A stretch of DNA of 43,553 nt from a virus: the IMG/VR virus record IMGVR_UViG_3300045988_180307; one strand, 5' to 3'. The notes under the pieces were generated by a model. That model had not been told where the DNA came from. It did no database searches and was given only the letters and a program-made list of their open reading frames with translations. A program made the position numbers and the translations under genes. This document shows positions 9,153 to 18,468 of this stretch, piece by piece (position 1 is the stretch's first letter; the number at the start of each line of letters is the position of its first letter).

Positions 9153-11814
9153 ATCTGATTTAGACGTTGGATTAACTTCTATTAAAAACAAGACAGAAGG
9201 TATTTATAATACGATTGACCAGATAACAGATAAAACAATAGCTAAAATTGTAGGGTCCGATTTTAACGAAACGTATGTAACATCATGGGGACAAGGTGGC
9301 ATATCCACTACGACTGGCGCTATTGAAGAGGGAGGCAAAACAAGAATACATTCAGATCTTATAAATACAGGTGTTGACATTTCAATAGAAAGTGGATATA
9401 GATATTATATAATTTATTACAATGAAAATGGGTCTTTTGCTGCTAAAGATGGCAATTGGAAAACTGATAAAAGCACAACATCAACATCTTATAAGAAATT
9501 TCGTATCATGGTTTCTTTGATTAAAGAAGCCACTATAGATATAGAATCAGGGAAACGGGTTACTATAAGTAAATTATATCAAAATGAGGCGTTATGCCCA
9601 GATATCAAAAAGTTCAATAATACGGTTGAACAGATAACTGATGAAACAAAACAAATTGCACAATCATACAATGATTTGAGTAATGAAATGGAACGCAACC
9701 TAACCGAGATTAAGGGTGGCAATTATATGGAAAAACAGGATCTATTGTGCGTACAAGGGAGTATCAATTCGCAAAGCGGTATACTACAACCAGGTGGGAC
9801 CAACAGGGTCTATACCAAGATAATTGATACAGGAACTGATATCATTATCAAGCCTGGTTATAGAATATATGTCATGTTTTATAATGACCCTGCCGGTGAG
9901 TCTTTCAATTCAAAAGATGGTAATTGGAATACTGTATATACTACCATTCCCACAAAAACCCAATATTGCAGATTGATGATCGCTAAAATTGATGATACGG
10001 ACTTGTCCCCATCGGATGCATCTGAGAATGTTCTGGTAGGGGATTTGACCAGTTATCCTTCAATGTTTATGCCATTAATGAATTTGAGCACTAATCCTGC
10101 CGGATCATTTATGGCAAAAGATGATTTATTGACTTTATTTTTTTACTTAAGGGATAATCAAAGAAAAAAATACGTAACATCATTATCTAAGACCTATTAT
10201 GTAAGTACAGTCAATGGCTTGGATACCAATGATGGTTTGTCTGACTCAACTCCGTTGAAGACTTTGAATAAAGCCGATGAACTGATGACCGATGGGGACA
10301 CGGTCCTTATTGAACGAGGAAGTATATTTAATACAGAGGTACAAGTCTTGTCTAAAGAAGGAATCAGAGTGGATTGTTATGGCGACATGTCCAAGGATAA
10401 ACCTTTGTTTTTGAATTTGCAGACAATACCGACCGTATCTATATCAGATATTAGCTCTGTTAATGACATTGAGTCTTTGGATAAATTATACAAACTGCGC
10501 GGCTATAGTAACATTTATGTTCTAAAGCATCACTATGGTTCGGGCAGCAAGGCCAGATTTGTTTGTCAGGTATTTTTAGACGGGAAAAGAAATGGATGGT
10601 GGCTTGACGCACAGAAAAAGTCCAGTTCGGATGCCATGGACTGGCTAGAAAACAATCCGGGTAGCTCCTATTGGTTCAGCGGATACGATTCAGAGTCATG
10701 GGGGGAGGGGGATTATTATATATATTTATCAACAACCGATATTGCAGGAAAAATAGTGGAGATAACTCATGAAGTGACAGAGATTGGGAAAAAAGGACAA
10801 AAACTGCAAATCACCCAATATGCTTCTGATATTCGTAATATCGTTTTTCGAGGTGGTGACTCTACAGACGGTACTGTTATTCCTAATGGATTTTATGAGG
10901 GGGTAGAAAGTTTGGATTTTGGTAGACATGGTTTTCTGTTTAACAGGTCTGCGGCTCCCCATACTCACATGATGCTGAATTGCAGAGCTGTATCAAGAAG
11001 TGGAGCAAATGGAGAGTATTATCATCACATGTATTATAATTACCATTATTATGGAGAACTATTGGCATTTATCGGTTGTGAGGCCATAGGCAGACATGAA
11101 TATCTTGGTACTGCATTTGCCGGGCATGGCACAAGTTCGGTAACAGGGATGCCTTTCGATGCCATGTATCTGTATGACTGCTACTGCGAGGGTGTTAATG
11201 TGGTTGTCGGTGCCAATGGAGCGCAAATGAATTATTTAAGGAATATAAGAGTTAAGGAGGTTGGACATATTTGCATACGTACACAGGGATTACATGCAGT
11301 AGGTATTTTCGGAACATTGTATCCCCCGCAAAATAATTGGAATGAACCTGTATTCGCTGAACCAATCGGTTATAATGTCTTAAAAAATATACGTATAAGG
11401 AGTCGAACAGGAATGGGGACATTACTTATTTATAAAGACTCGGCGAACAAAGATGCAGGAAAGGTGGTTTTTGAAAACGCTACAATTATAGTGGAAAGTG
11501 AAGGGAAACAGGCTCCTGTATATAAATTTGGGGCGACTCTGTTTAGATTGGCTGACAATATATCTGTTGTTTTCAATAGGTCATTCGTTGCTGTAGATAA
11601 TGGGCTGGAAACCACATCCTCCATGTTGTGGGATAACGAAACGACACCAGACATAGAGTTTATAGATTCAGAGCTATACGGTATCAAGGATAATCGTTTG
11701 CACAGCGATGATAAAAATTCATATTTCTATGAGAGTATGGATGGGATTTTTTCAAAAATCAACAATCTAACAAAATTAAGTTATGTTGAAGATAACTGTA
11801 TATTCAATTTGTAA
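9046..11814 (+). CDS. Tail fibre / tailspike A: shared N-terminal anchor, two tandem ~95-aa modules, C-terminal beta-helix (pectate-lyase-like) depolymerase-type domain
   Basis: 922 aa. The N-terminus MVKMHKLTKGGQTIYPATIYDAVVNPKTRKSLTTE is shared with the 734-aa ORF. Internal repeats are at aa ~82-175 and ~237-330. From aa 384, YYVSTVNGLDTNDGLSDSTPLKTLNKADELMTDGDTVLIERGSIF is a typical entry into a right-handed beta-helix glycanase domain. Confidence 0.75.
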   Translation: MVKMHKLTKGGQTIYPATIYDAVVNPKTRKSLTTEISDLDVGLTSIKNKTEGIYNTIDQITDKTIAKIVGSDFNETYVTSWGQGGISTTTGAIEEGGKTRIHSDLINTGVDISIESGYRYYIIYYNENGSFAAKDGNWKTDKSTTSTSYKKFRIMVSLIKEATIDIESGKRVTISKLYQNEALCPDIKKFNNTVEQITDETKQIAQSYNDLSNEMERNLTEIKGGNYMEKQDLLCVQGSINSQSGILQPGGTNRVYTKIIDTGTDIIIKPGYRIYVMFYNDPAGESFNSKDGNWNTVYTTIPTKTQYCRLMIAKIDDTDLSPSDASENVLVGDLTSYPSMFMPLMNLSTNPAGSFMAKDDLLTLFFYLRDNQRKKYVTSLSKTYYVSTVNGLDTNDGLSDSTPLKTLNKADELMTDGDTVLIERGSIFNTEVQVLSKEGIRVDCYGDMSKDKPLFLNLQTIPTVSISDISSVNDIESLDKLYKLRGYSNIYVLKHHYGSGSKARFVCQVFLDGKRNGWWLDAQKKSSSDAMDWLENNPGSSYWFSGYDSESWGEGDYYIYLSTTDIAGKIVEITHEVTEIGKKGQKLQITQYASDIRNIVFRGGDSTDGTVIPNGFYEGVESLDFGRHGFLFNRSAAPHTHMMLNCRAVSRSGANGEYYHHMYYNYHYYGELLAFIGCEAIGRHEYLGTAFAGHGTSSVTGMPFDAMYLYDCYCEGVNVVVGANGAQMNYLRNIRVKEVGHICIRTQGLHAVGIFGTLYPPQNNWNEPVFAEPIGYNVLKNIRIRSRTGMGTLLIYKDSANKDAGKVVFENATIIVESEGKQAPVYKFGATLFRLADNISVVFNRSFVAVDNGLETTSSMLWDNETTPDIEFIDSELYGIKDNRLHSDDKNSYFYESMDGIFSKINNLTKLSYVEDNCIFNL

Positions 11815-11863
11815 AGTATGACTCAGAATATTTGAAATTTCATAAAGCATATACTATGATGTA

Positions 11864-11890
11864 AGGGCTGATCTTGGTGTGGTCAGCCCT
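11864..11890. terminator. Hairpin between the convergent fibre genes (weak bidirectional terminator candidate)
   Basis: AGGGCTGA-11 nt-TCAGCCCT, an 8-bp stem with no clear U-tract. Confidence 0.3.
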
Positions 11891-11978
11891 CTACCCCTAG
11901 AACCATTCTGCATTTGGGTGTACTTCTACGGACAGACGGAACATTATTTTAGTGATTAACTTTTTAATTATCATAATT

Positions 11979-14183
11979 TTACATTTTTGTATCTTCGATG
12001 TAAGGATTGGTTAGATCCATAAGAACATATTGAATTAAAGCATCAATAACAACGTTAGCTATCTTCATGCCTCCTGCGGAATTTGGATGAACCTGGTCTT
12101 GCAGATACGTTGTGATATTAAGCGTTGATATTCCACTTAATGCATTTACATCAATTACGGGGACGGAATATATTGCACATACTTCTCTTATCACACTCCC
12201 GTAATCTTGTATCGTTAATCCTATATTATTTTTATAAGGATAATCAGCATTATTATGAGAGTTGTAAAAATTATGTGGTATGCAAGCGAATATCTTGGCA
12301 TCCGGCAATCTTTTGATAATCTTTCTCAACATTAGCCCATAGGCGTATTTTAAATGAGTTTCGTCCTGATCGTCAAGCTCCCCGATTTGGGCATTTGCCG
12401 TAATATCATTAGCGGAGGCATATATGACTAATACATCCGTATCGGTCGGAATAGTATTTATTCGCCCGTCACCACACATATTATCCTGTATAGTGATAGT
12501 TCCTTCTTCGGGATGAGCGGCATTATAGTAGCCATTTTCGTCCACTTTCTTGGTTTGTGGGGAAATGGATGTAACCTTGGAGCCTCCGATACCTCGGCAA
12601 TAATGTGTTGAGAATTGAAGATATTTCCACACATACTTCTGCCACGAGATCAGTTCTACGATCGAGTCTCCAAATGAACAAAACTTCTTCCCTTTATACG
12701 CCATATTGATTATTTCATCTCTATCTAACTTTACATTTCTCACATTTTGCGGATTGCAAGGGTAATAATTCAACGAGACAAACGGGGAGTCCACACTGTT
12801 GAAATTAAAAATTATATATTCCCAATTTTTTTCACCTGTCATCACCTCCCTAAAGGTTTTTACTTGACTGCCCCTATACCCAATCCACGTACCATCTGCT
12901 GCATACACGGCGACTGAAAATGCATTGGTAAATACAGATGTTATGTTGTCAACGACTCTGATCAATCGTGTAGTATTATAAGCTTCGTTTGACTGTAACG
13001 ATCCATTTACATTGTTATAACCATCAATAAGATTATCATTTGTTATCAGATTTTTATCTAAATAAGTTTCAGGAAGCTGTGTTATACCGAATTCAAGCGG
13101 AATAAAATTCTCATTGAATGATAGATAATAAAAATCTCTTGCGTTATTATTCCAAGCCCTGCAATATGATGCTTCTGATGGTATTTCTCTTTTTGAGATA
13201 TTCTTTCCCGTTGAAGCACCCATATTAACCGTGCCAAGCAGCGTGCCCTTATCTCTATAAAAATAAACCGAATATGCATTGGTATAGATATACTCTTCTC
13301 CTGCCGGTATATCAATTCTTTCTATAACAATCCCATTTCCATTTACAATATTTCCGACTCCGTCTATTGTTTTATTGGCGAGCAAAAGTTCATCATATAC
13401 CTTGTTGATTGACACATCCTGCAACATGTGTCGTATTGTCATCAAGTCGTTTTTAACCTCTTCAAGAGAGTCAATGGTTAATACTTCGATCCAATTCTTG
13501 TCATTTATCCAATTTGAATTCTCTACACTATCAGATTTATATATTTCAATTGTAAACCTGTCTTCGTTTTGATACGATAAGATAAATCCTTTTCTCCGGT
13601 TAATACTGCTTATCGACAACCTCGTATTAGATTTGTTCGAATTATACACGACAGAATCGTACATGTAAGAATCAAGCGGTATATAATTACTCGTTTCAGA
13701 ATTGTACAGATATACCCTATATCTGTTTGTCAAATCTCTATAAGTGAAAACCAATCCGATTTTTTTATTGTAAGTATTCGGCAGAGCATTCCTGGCAGCA
13801 TCGGGCGTGTTGTAATTATTGCCGGTTATTGCCGTGATGTTGATAAAGGGAAATTTGGTCGATGGCAGCAATGGGCACCAGAATAAATCATCGCTCCAAT
13901 ATTGATCATCCATAGATGTTCCCATATACATTTCAACAGTGAGTTCCCCAGTTGCTCCATTCCTATAACTTAAAATCTTTCCTGTACTTCTATTTTCTTT
14001 TGGAATTCCAAGTCTGGTTTTTGAAAAATCTGTATCAAATTGTGTTGAAATGGCACTTCCTTTATTCAACCCCGACATTTCTGTAGCCAGACTCTTACGC
14101 GTTTTGGAATTAACCACCGCATCATAGATAGTAGCCGGGTAAATGGTTTGTCCGCCTTTGGTCAGTTTATGCATTTTTACCAT
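11979..14183 (-). CDS. Tail fibre B: shared N-terminal anchor, duplicated internal modules, C-terminal SGNH/GDSL esterase domain
   Basis: 734 aa. Same first ~35 aa as fibre A. SGNH block I is FCSFGDSIVE (GDS codons at 12663-12671), a mid block is VLVIYASANDI, and block V is DQVHPNSAGG (about 12079-12099). Repeated modules ILSY.N...E.Y...W and TNA(Y/F)SV..Y...G. Confidence 0.8.
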   Translation of the reverse strand: MVKMHKLTKGGQTIYPATIYDAVVNSKTRKSLATEMSGLNKGSAISTQFDTDFSKTRLGIPKENRSTGKILSYRNGATGELTVEMYMGTSMDDQYWSDDLFWCPLLPSTKFPFINITAITGNNYNTPDAARNALPNTYNKKIGLVFTYRDLTNRYRVYLYNSETSNYIPLDSYMYDSVVYNSNKSNTRLSISSINRRKGFILSYQNEDRFTIEIYKSDSVENSNWINDKNWIEVLTIDSLEEVKNDLMTIRHMLQDVSINKVYDELLLANKTIDGVGNIVNGNGIVIERIDIPAGEEYIYTNAYSVYFYRDKGTLLGTVNMGASTGKNISKREIPSEASYCRAWNNNARDFYYLSFNENFIPLEFGITQLPETYLDKNLITNDNLIDGYNNVNGSLQSNEAYNTTRLIRVVDNITSVFTNAFSVAVYAADGTWIGYRGSQVKTFREVMTGEKNWEYIIFNFNSVDSPFVSLNYYPCNPQNVRNVKLDRDEIINMAYKGKKFCSFGDSIVELISWQKYVWKYLQFSTHYCRGIGGSKVTSISPQTKKVDENGYYNAAHPEEGTITIQDNMCGDGRINTIPTDTDVLVIYASANDITANAQIGELDDQDETHLKYAYGLMLRKIIKRLPDAKIFACIPHNFYNSHNNADYPYKNNIGLTIQDYGSVIREVCAIYSVPVIDVNALSGISTLNITTYLQDQVHPNSAGGMKIANVVIDALIQYVLMDLTNPYIEDTKM

Positions 14184-14223
14184 AATATCTCCTGTTTTTA
14201 GCCTAAGTTCCGCCGGAACTTGG
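14077..14223 (-). repeat. Inverted repeat, right arm (5' UTR + RBS + first ~35 codons of tail-fibre gene B)
   Basis: Reverse complement of 9007-9152 (see left arm). Begins 28 nt downstream of the stop codon of gene 14251-14682. Confidence 0.9.
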
Positions 14224-14250
14224 GCTGTTGTTATTTTATGTAATTATTTA

Positions 14251-14682
14251 TTAACTATTAAAATCACTCAGTACATCATCATACTCCTTATCTGACAGAG
14301 ATACGCTCTGCACCGCATTGTATGCGGCATAATCCGGATAGGGCATGATCTCCGCTGTGCTCTCATCCGTCTTCCCGGTAGTCAGCACAATCCCTGTATC
14401 TTCAATAGATACAAGGTTGCAGATGCCATCTCTAAAGTCAGAATCAGAAATGAAGTATTCCCGTTTGACCTTCAGCAAACCAGGGGAGAAGCCGGGGTTG
14501 TCAAAAGCGACAAGCAGACTGCCATCTTCCATACGGCTGCACCCCACATACTCTTGCCCATCAAAGGAGGCTATAAACTTTCCCTTAAACGGATTGAAGT
14601 AAGTAAACCGGAAGGGAGTTGATATGTCTCCATTCAGGTTCTTCTCTATAATTTTAAAATCAGACTGGTAATTAATTTTCAT
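14251..14682 (-). CDS. Hypothetical virion/tail protein
   Basis: 143 aa, tightly packed in the minus-strand virion operon just upstream of fibre B. No family recognised. Confidence 0.6.
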   Translation of the reverse strand: MKINYQSDFKIIEKNLNGDISTPFRFTYFNPFKGKFIASFDGQEYVGCSRMEDGSLLVAFDNPGFSPGLLKVKREYFISDSDFRDGICNLVSIEDTGIVLTTGKTDESTAEIMPYPDYAAYNAVQSVSLSDKEYDDVLSDFNS

Positions 14683-14684
14683 AA

Positions 14685-15023
14685 CTATAATATTGATGTT
14701 ACATCGTCTATCTCCTCGGCTGTCAGGATACCGGAAAGATCAACACTTCCACCGCCTCCTGTCGTGCCTGTATCACTCCAAACGCCTCTCGTCTTACATT
14801 GATACAGAGGACCCGGTATGGTATCCCCCACAACTGCCCAGTCACCCACAACAGGAGATGGGACAGCAGCCTGCAATGCTTCTACTGTTGAAAACAATCC
14901 CTTGTTGCGGACACTGTTCTGCTTGACCTTATCAATCTCGGTAGAAGTCTTACTAAAATTGTAGTTAAGCCGATCTGCCGCCTCACTCCAAGTACCTGTT
15001 TTATTAATACTATTAAGTTCCAT
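14685..15023 (-). CDS. Small tail-fibre-associated protein
   Basis: 112 aa. KGLFSTVEALQAAVPSPVVGDWAVVGDTIPGPLYQC...GVWSDTG is a motif I associate with phage fibre or hyaluronidase N-terminal regions. Also has a Gly-rich tract. Confidence 0.6.
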   Translation of the reverse strand: MELNSINKTGTWSEAADRLNYNFSKTSTEIDKVKQNSVRNKGLFSTVEALQAAVPSPVVGDWAVVGDTIPGPLYQCKTRGVWSDTGTTGGGGSVDLSGILTAEEIDDVTSIL

Positions 15024-15024
15024 A

Positions 15025-17328
15025 TCACTTTCTTACCTTTAACACTCCATTTGTCACTATTCCTTCAAGTGTTTCATATTCCACATATACCTGCCCGGAG
15101 CTGACGTTATCTTTAGACGGCCAATTACTGCATTCAATATTTGCCACATATTTAGACACAGCCCCTCCGTCATATACCGGTTTCATCCCAACCAACAGAG
15201 TTTCGCCTTTAGAGCCATAGAAAGAAACGTTATTGGGAGTAAGAATAATATCCGTATTTTCCACATGATTCTGTATTCTGATACGTTCCGGATATACAGT
15301 CGTTTCTTGTATCAATTGGTCCCCTACATATTTCCGTAGAATCAAATCACCATACTCCCATCCGTCTGATGATGTGTCGAACCTTAATATCAAGGTGGCA
15401 TGTCCTTCAGTCGTGTACATTTCAAGAGTATTTTTATCCGGATCAATGACAATGCGTTTCCCGTCAACAGATGTTTCTACTTTTCCGCGGAAAAATCCGC
15501 CCAAGGCTTCAACCACACCTCTGAACTTACCACCCAAGGCATAAATATAGCCACGAAGGAACGTATCGCCACCATGAGTGGCAACAAAGTTCGCCATATT
15601 CGCCCATTCTTCATCCGTAGGCTGGTAATTTGGATCATTACGAAACCTCATTACAGTCAGAATCGCCTGTTCAAGTTTTCCTCCCGCCCAAAACACCACA
15701 TCATCATCGTCATTGTATATGCCGCTAACTCCGGCTGTGACCTTCTGTAACTTGCCATCCTTGTAATTACCCAGTTGGATCATATTGGCCAATATCAAAC
15801 CGCCAAGGATATCCACAGATCCATCCTTAATAGCACTGGCGATATAATTAATCGCCTGAAAACCGGCTGTTGCCTTGTCATTATCAAGAATGGACGGTTT
15901 CCAGTCTGTGGCGATGGTTCCACGCTCTAACTGAAGGTCACAAACGGTTGCGGTACCACTGACAAGAAATATACCACTGCCATTGAAGGTGATCTTATGG
16001 GTATATCTCTGATAAGAGGATGTGAGAGGTTGAGAAACACTGAAAGAGCCGCACAAAACAGCCACAGACGTACCCTTTGCTTTATAACTGATAACATAAC
16101 TTTCTCCTTTAATCAATGACACGGATTGGGACAAACTACCGATTGCAGCAGAGTACCCAGAGCCGGCAGCACTATCTGCGGATACGGTAGCCACACCCGT
16201 CCAATACTTTAATTGCTTGCTGAAAAGTTCGGTGTCCGCCAACAATTGAGTATCAGAGGACAATATTTCACTTTCATAATCTCCAGTAAACCCGGAGTTA
16301 CGCAACAGATTGACACTTCCGACAGCCGCATTGTCTATCGCATCCTGAGCCTTTTGGGCCAGATCGGCAGCCGCCTGTATCTCATCCGGAAGACCTTCCA
16401 TATTACGCCATCCGGTGGAACCTTGTTCGATATGAAACATACCCTTGATATCAACACCGCCTTTCTGGCTATAACGGATGTAAGTGCTCTCATCCTTGGC
16501 ACCGATATAGGCATCACCATACACATTGATATAAGCGTGTCCGGTGGACTTGTCAAAGCCCAGCCCGATGACTTCTTTCCCGGCAAGAGAGAAAGAGTTG
16601 ATACCTTGATAAAAAATAATGGAAGGCGAAGTTTCATTAACAGACGAAAGGATTATAGCTGCCTGACGGGTGATATCCGTCAAATGCCCAAGCCCGATGA
16701 TATCATCACCGGCAGCCGGAACATCACTGTCCTTGTCAGCATTGGTTTTGCTCAAGTCAATATAGTCAGATCCTACACCTGTCACCTCACGCCAATAGTA
16801 GCGGTTGGATACATTGTGGGATGTCCCTTCTTTAATGTTAAATTCTTGGGCTAATGCTAATGTACCTACTGTAAATTCGTTATTGATTGTCACTCCATCA
16901 ACTTCTGACAAAAAGAAACAACGGTAGCTCTCATCAAGTTCCTCCACCCTGACACACTTCATACCGGCCGGAGATATGATCTGTTCACCACCTACATGCG
17001 TCTTCTTCTTTACTTCAAGCTCGTCAAAGACAGCCTTAATCTTCACATACAAGCGGTCAACAACGGCTTGTGTCGTACCATCTTCCAATACAGTCCAACC
17101 GCTACCGTTTTTACCAATCAAAAAACCCTTCAGGAACGTTATCAGCTCATTGGCGATATCTTCTTTATCTTTACGAAGAAAATATTTTTCAAAATCAGTT
17201 ATATCAGCACCTGCATCAATCATGGCCAACAACAAAGAACCGACACGCAATGCCGTATTCGCTCCGGCATTACGTTCATCCCTTATCTGCTCCGCCAATT
17301 TTTTTAATGTGTCTTTAATATCCGCCAT
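15025..17328 (-). CDS. Large tail fibre / baseplate-associated structural protein
   Basis: 767 aa. Size and position next to the fibre genes. N-terminal helical segment (ANTALRVGSLLLAMIDAG) followed by beta-rich sequence. No enzymatic motif seen. Confidence 0.6.
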   Translation of the reverse strand: MADIKDTLKKLAEQIRDERNAGANTALRVGSLLLAMIDAGADITDFEKYFLRKDKEDIANELITFLKGFLIGKNGSGWTVLEDGTTQAVVDRLYVKIKAVFDELEVKKKTHVGGEQIISPAGMKCVRVEELDESYRCFFLSEVDGVTINNEFTVGTLALAQEFNIKEGTSHNVSNRYYWREVTGVGSDYIDLSKTNADKDSDVPAAGDDIIGLGHLTDITRQAAIILSSVNETSPSIIFYQGINSFSLAGKEVIGLGFDKSTGHAYINVYGDAYIGAKDESTYIRYSQKGGVDIKGMFHIEQGSTGWRNMEGLPDEIQAAADLAQKAQDAIDNAAVGSVNLLRNSGFTGDYESEILSSDTQLLADTELFSKQLKYWTGVATVSADSAAGSGYSAAIGSLSQSVSLIKGESYVISYKAKGTSVAVLCGSFSVSQPLTSSYQRYTHKITFNGSGIFLVSGTATVCDLQLERGTIATDWKPSILDNDKATAGFQAINYIASAIKDGSVDILGGLILANMIQLGNYKDGKLQKVTAGVSGIYNDDDDVVFWAGGKLEQAILTVMRFRNDPNYQPTDEEWANMANFVATHGGDTFLRGYIYALGGKFRGVVEALGGFFRGKVETSVDGKRIVIDPDKNTLEMYTTEGHATLILRFDTSSDGWEYGDLILRKYVGDQLIQETTVYPERIRIQNHVENTDIILTPNNVSFYGSKGETLLVGMKPVYDGGAVSKYVANIECSNWPSKDNVSSGQVYVEYETLEGIVTNGVLKVRK

Positions 17329-17378
17329 TTACTTTTTTATTCCAAAGTAACAACAAAGCCAAAAGCCGTAAAAAGACA

Positions 17379-17954
17379 TCATTTCTTTTGATGATGCCCC
17401 CATAAATGCGAACGCATGGAGGTACTGCGCTTGTGATTCGCCTCTTCAATCTTCTCCGCAAGCAGACCACAGAACTCCTCACCATACATGTATGCCATCT
17501 GCTCTTTCAAGACCATGACCGAAGCAAAATAGGCACGTGAGAACCATTCACGGGGTTTGCGAGGTTCACCTGAGGTAATCTTGCCGGATTTTTGTCTGTG
17601 CACATAATTCTTGCCTCTCAAATCCGGATTCAAAAACTTCAAATCACCCTTGTTATGCCCTCTATGCCCGTCATTATACAACTGGCCGTCGATCTCATAT
17701 CCCCGCCCCGTACCACAATCCTGATAAATGCCATATTCCATAAACTTATGCTGTATCACCGTCAGTTCACTGCTGCCCATTGTCACATTCTCCGTAATAT
17801 CATTGTGCAGTAACACCGTATCAACCACGTGCAGTCTCATGATCTTCTCCCTCCAGATAGTGACCATCATCTCGGCCCACGCCTTCTTATACTTTGCCCG
17901 ATCTTCAGCCGTGGACTTCGGCCTGTTCTCATTCCTCCCACTCATCACTGTCAT
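17379..17954 (-). CDS. Hypothetical virion protein
   Basis: 191-aa ORF that overlaps its upstream neighbour, consistent with operon packing. Confidence 0.55.
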   Translation of the reverse strand: MTVMSGRNENRPKSTAEDRAKYKKAWAEMMVTIWREKIMRLHVVDTVLLHNDITENVTMGSSELTVIQHKFMEYGIYQDCGTGRGYEIDGQLYNDGHRGHNKGDLKFLNPDLRGKNYVHRQKSGKITSGEPRKPREWFSRAYFASVMVLKEQMAYMYGEEFCGLLAEKIEEANHKRSTSMRSHLWGHHQKK

Positions 17955-18468
17955 AAATTAGAGATACCGGTTCGGAAACATCAATCATAAAATACAGGCC
18001 TGTGCATCCGGAAATAAAGTATTCACCCAGTTCGCGTGAATACACATTATCCGTATTCAGGTACACCAGTTCGTTATCCAGATTCTCACGGTCAACCAGC
18101 ATCCTGCTGTGCACCTGGCGGAACAGCTGCCGGCACACCTCCAGTGCCGCTTGGCGTTCCGCCATATCACTGATACGGTACCGCATCATGAGAAACACGG
18201 TAAAAGTACGCTTTTTAAAATATCCTCCGGAACGCTTCTCGGTCACTCCGTCATTCGTATCATCTACCGCGAAAAAAGCGGATTCGCGCCGAAGGTTCTG
18301 AAGAACCTCTTCAAGCGAGTTTATGCCGGAACAGACACACGGATAAAAAGCGTGAGCCTTGGCCAATTTGTTTTTTTTGCACATTCCTTTAAAATAGGAC
18401 AGCGCATCGAATAAATTATTTGCATCCATATCTCTGTTGTAACTCCTGTGCCTCGCGGGCCTTCTCAT
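17929..18468 (-). CDS. Hypothetical virion protein
   Basis: 179-aa ORF. The alternative start MDANNLF at 18429 would reduce the overlap with the upstream gene. Confidence 0.55.
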   Translation of the reverse strand: MRRPARHRSYNRDMDANNLFDALSYFKGMCKKNKLAKAHAFYPCVCSGINSLEEVLQNLRRESAFFAVDDTNDGVTEKRSGGYFKKRTFTVFLMMRYRISDMAERQAALEVCRQLFRQVHSRMLVDRENLDNELVYLNTDNVYSRELGEYFISGCTGLYFMIDVSEPVSLIYDSDEWEE

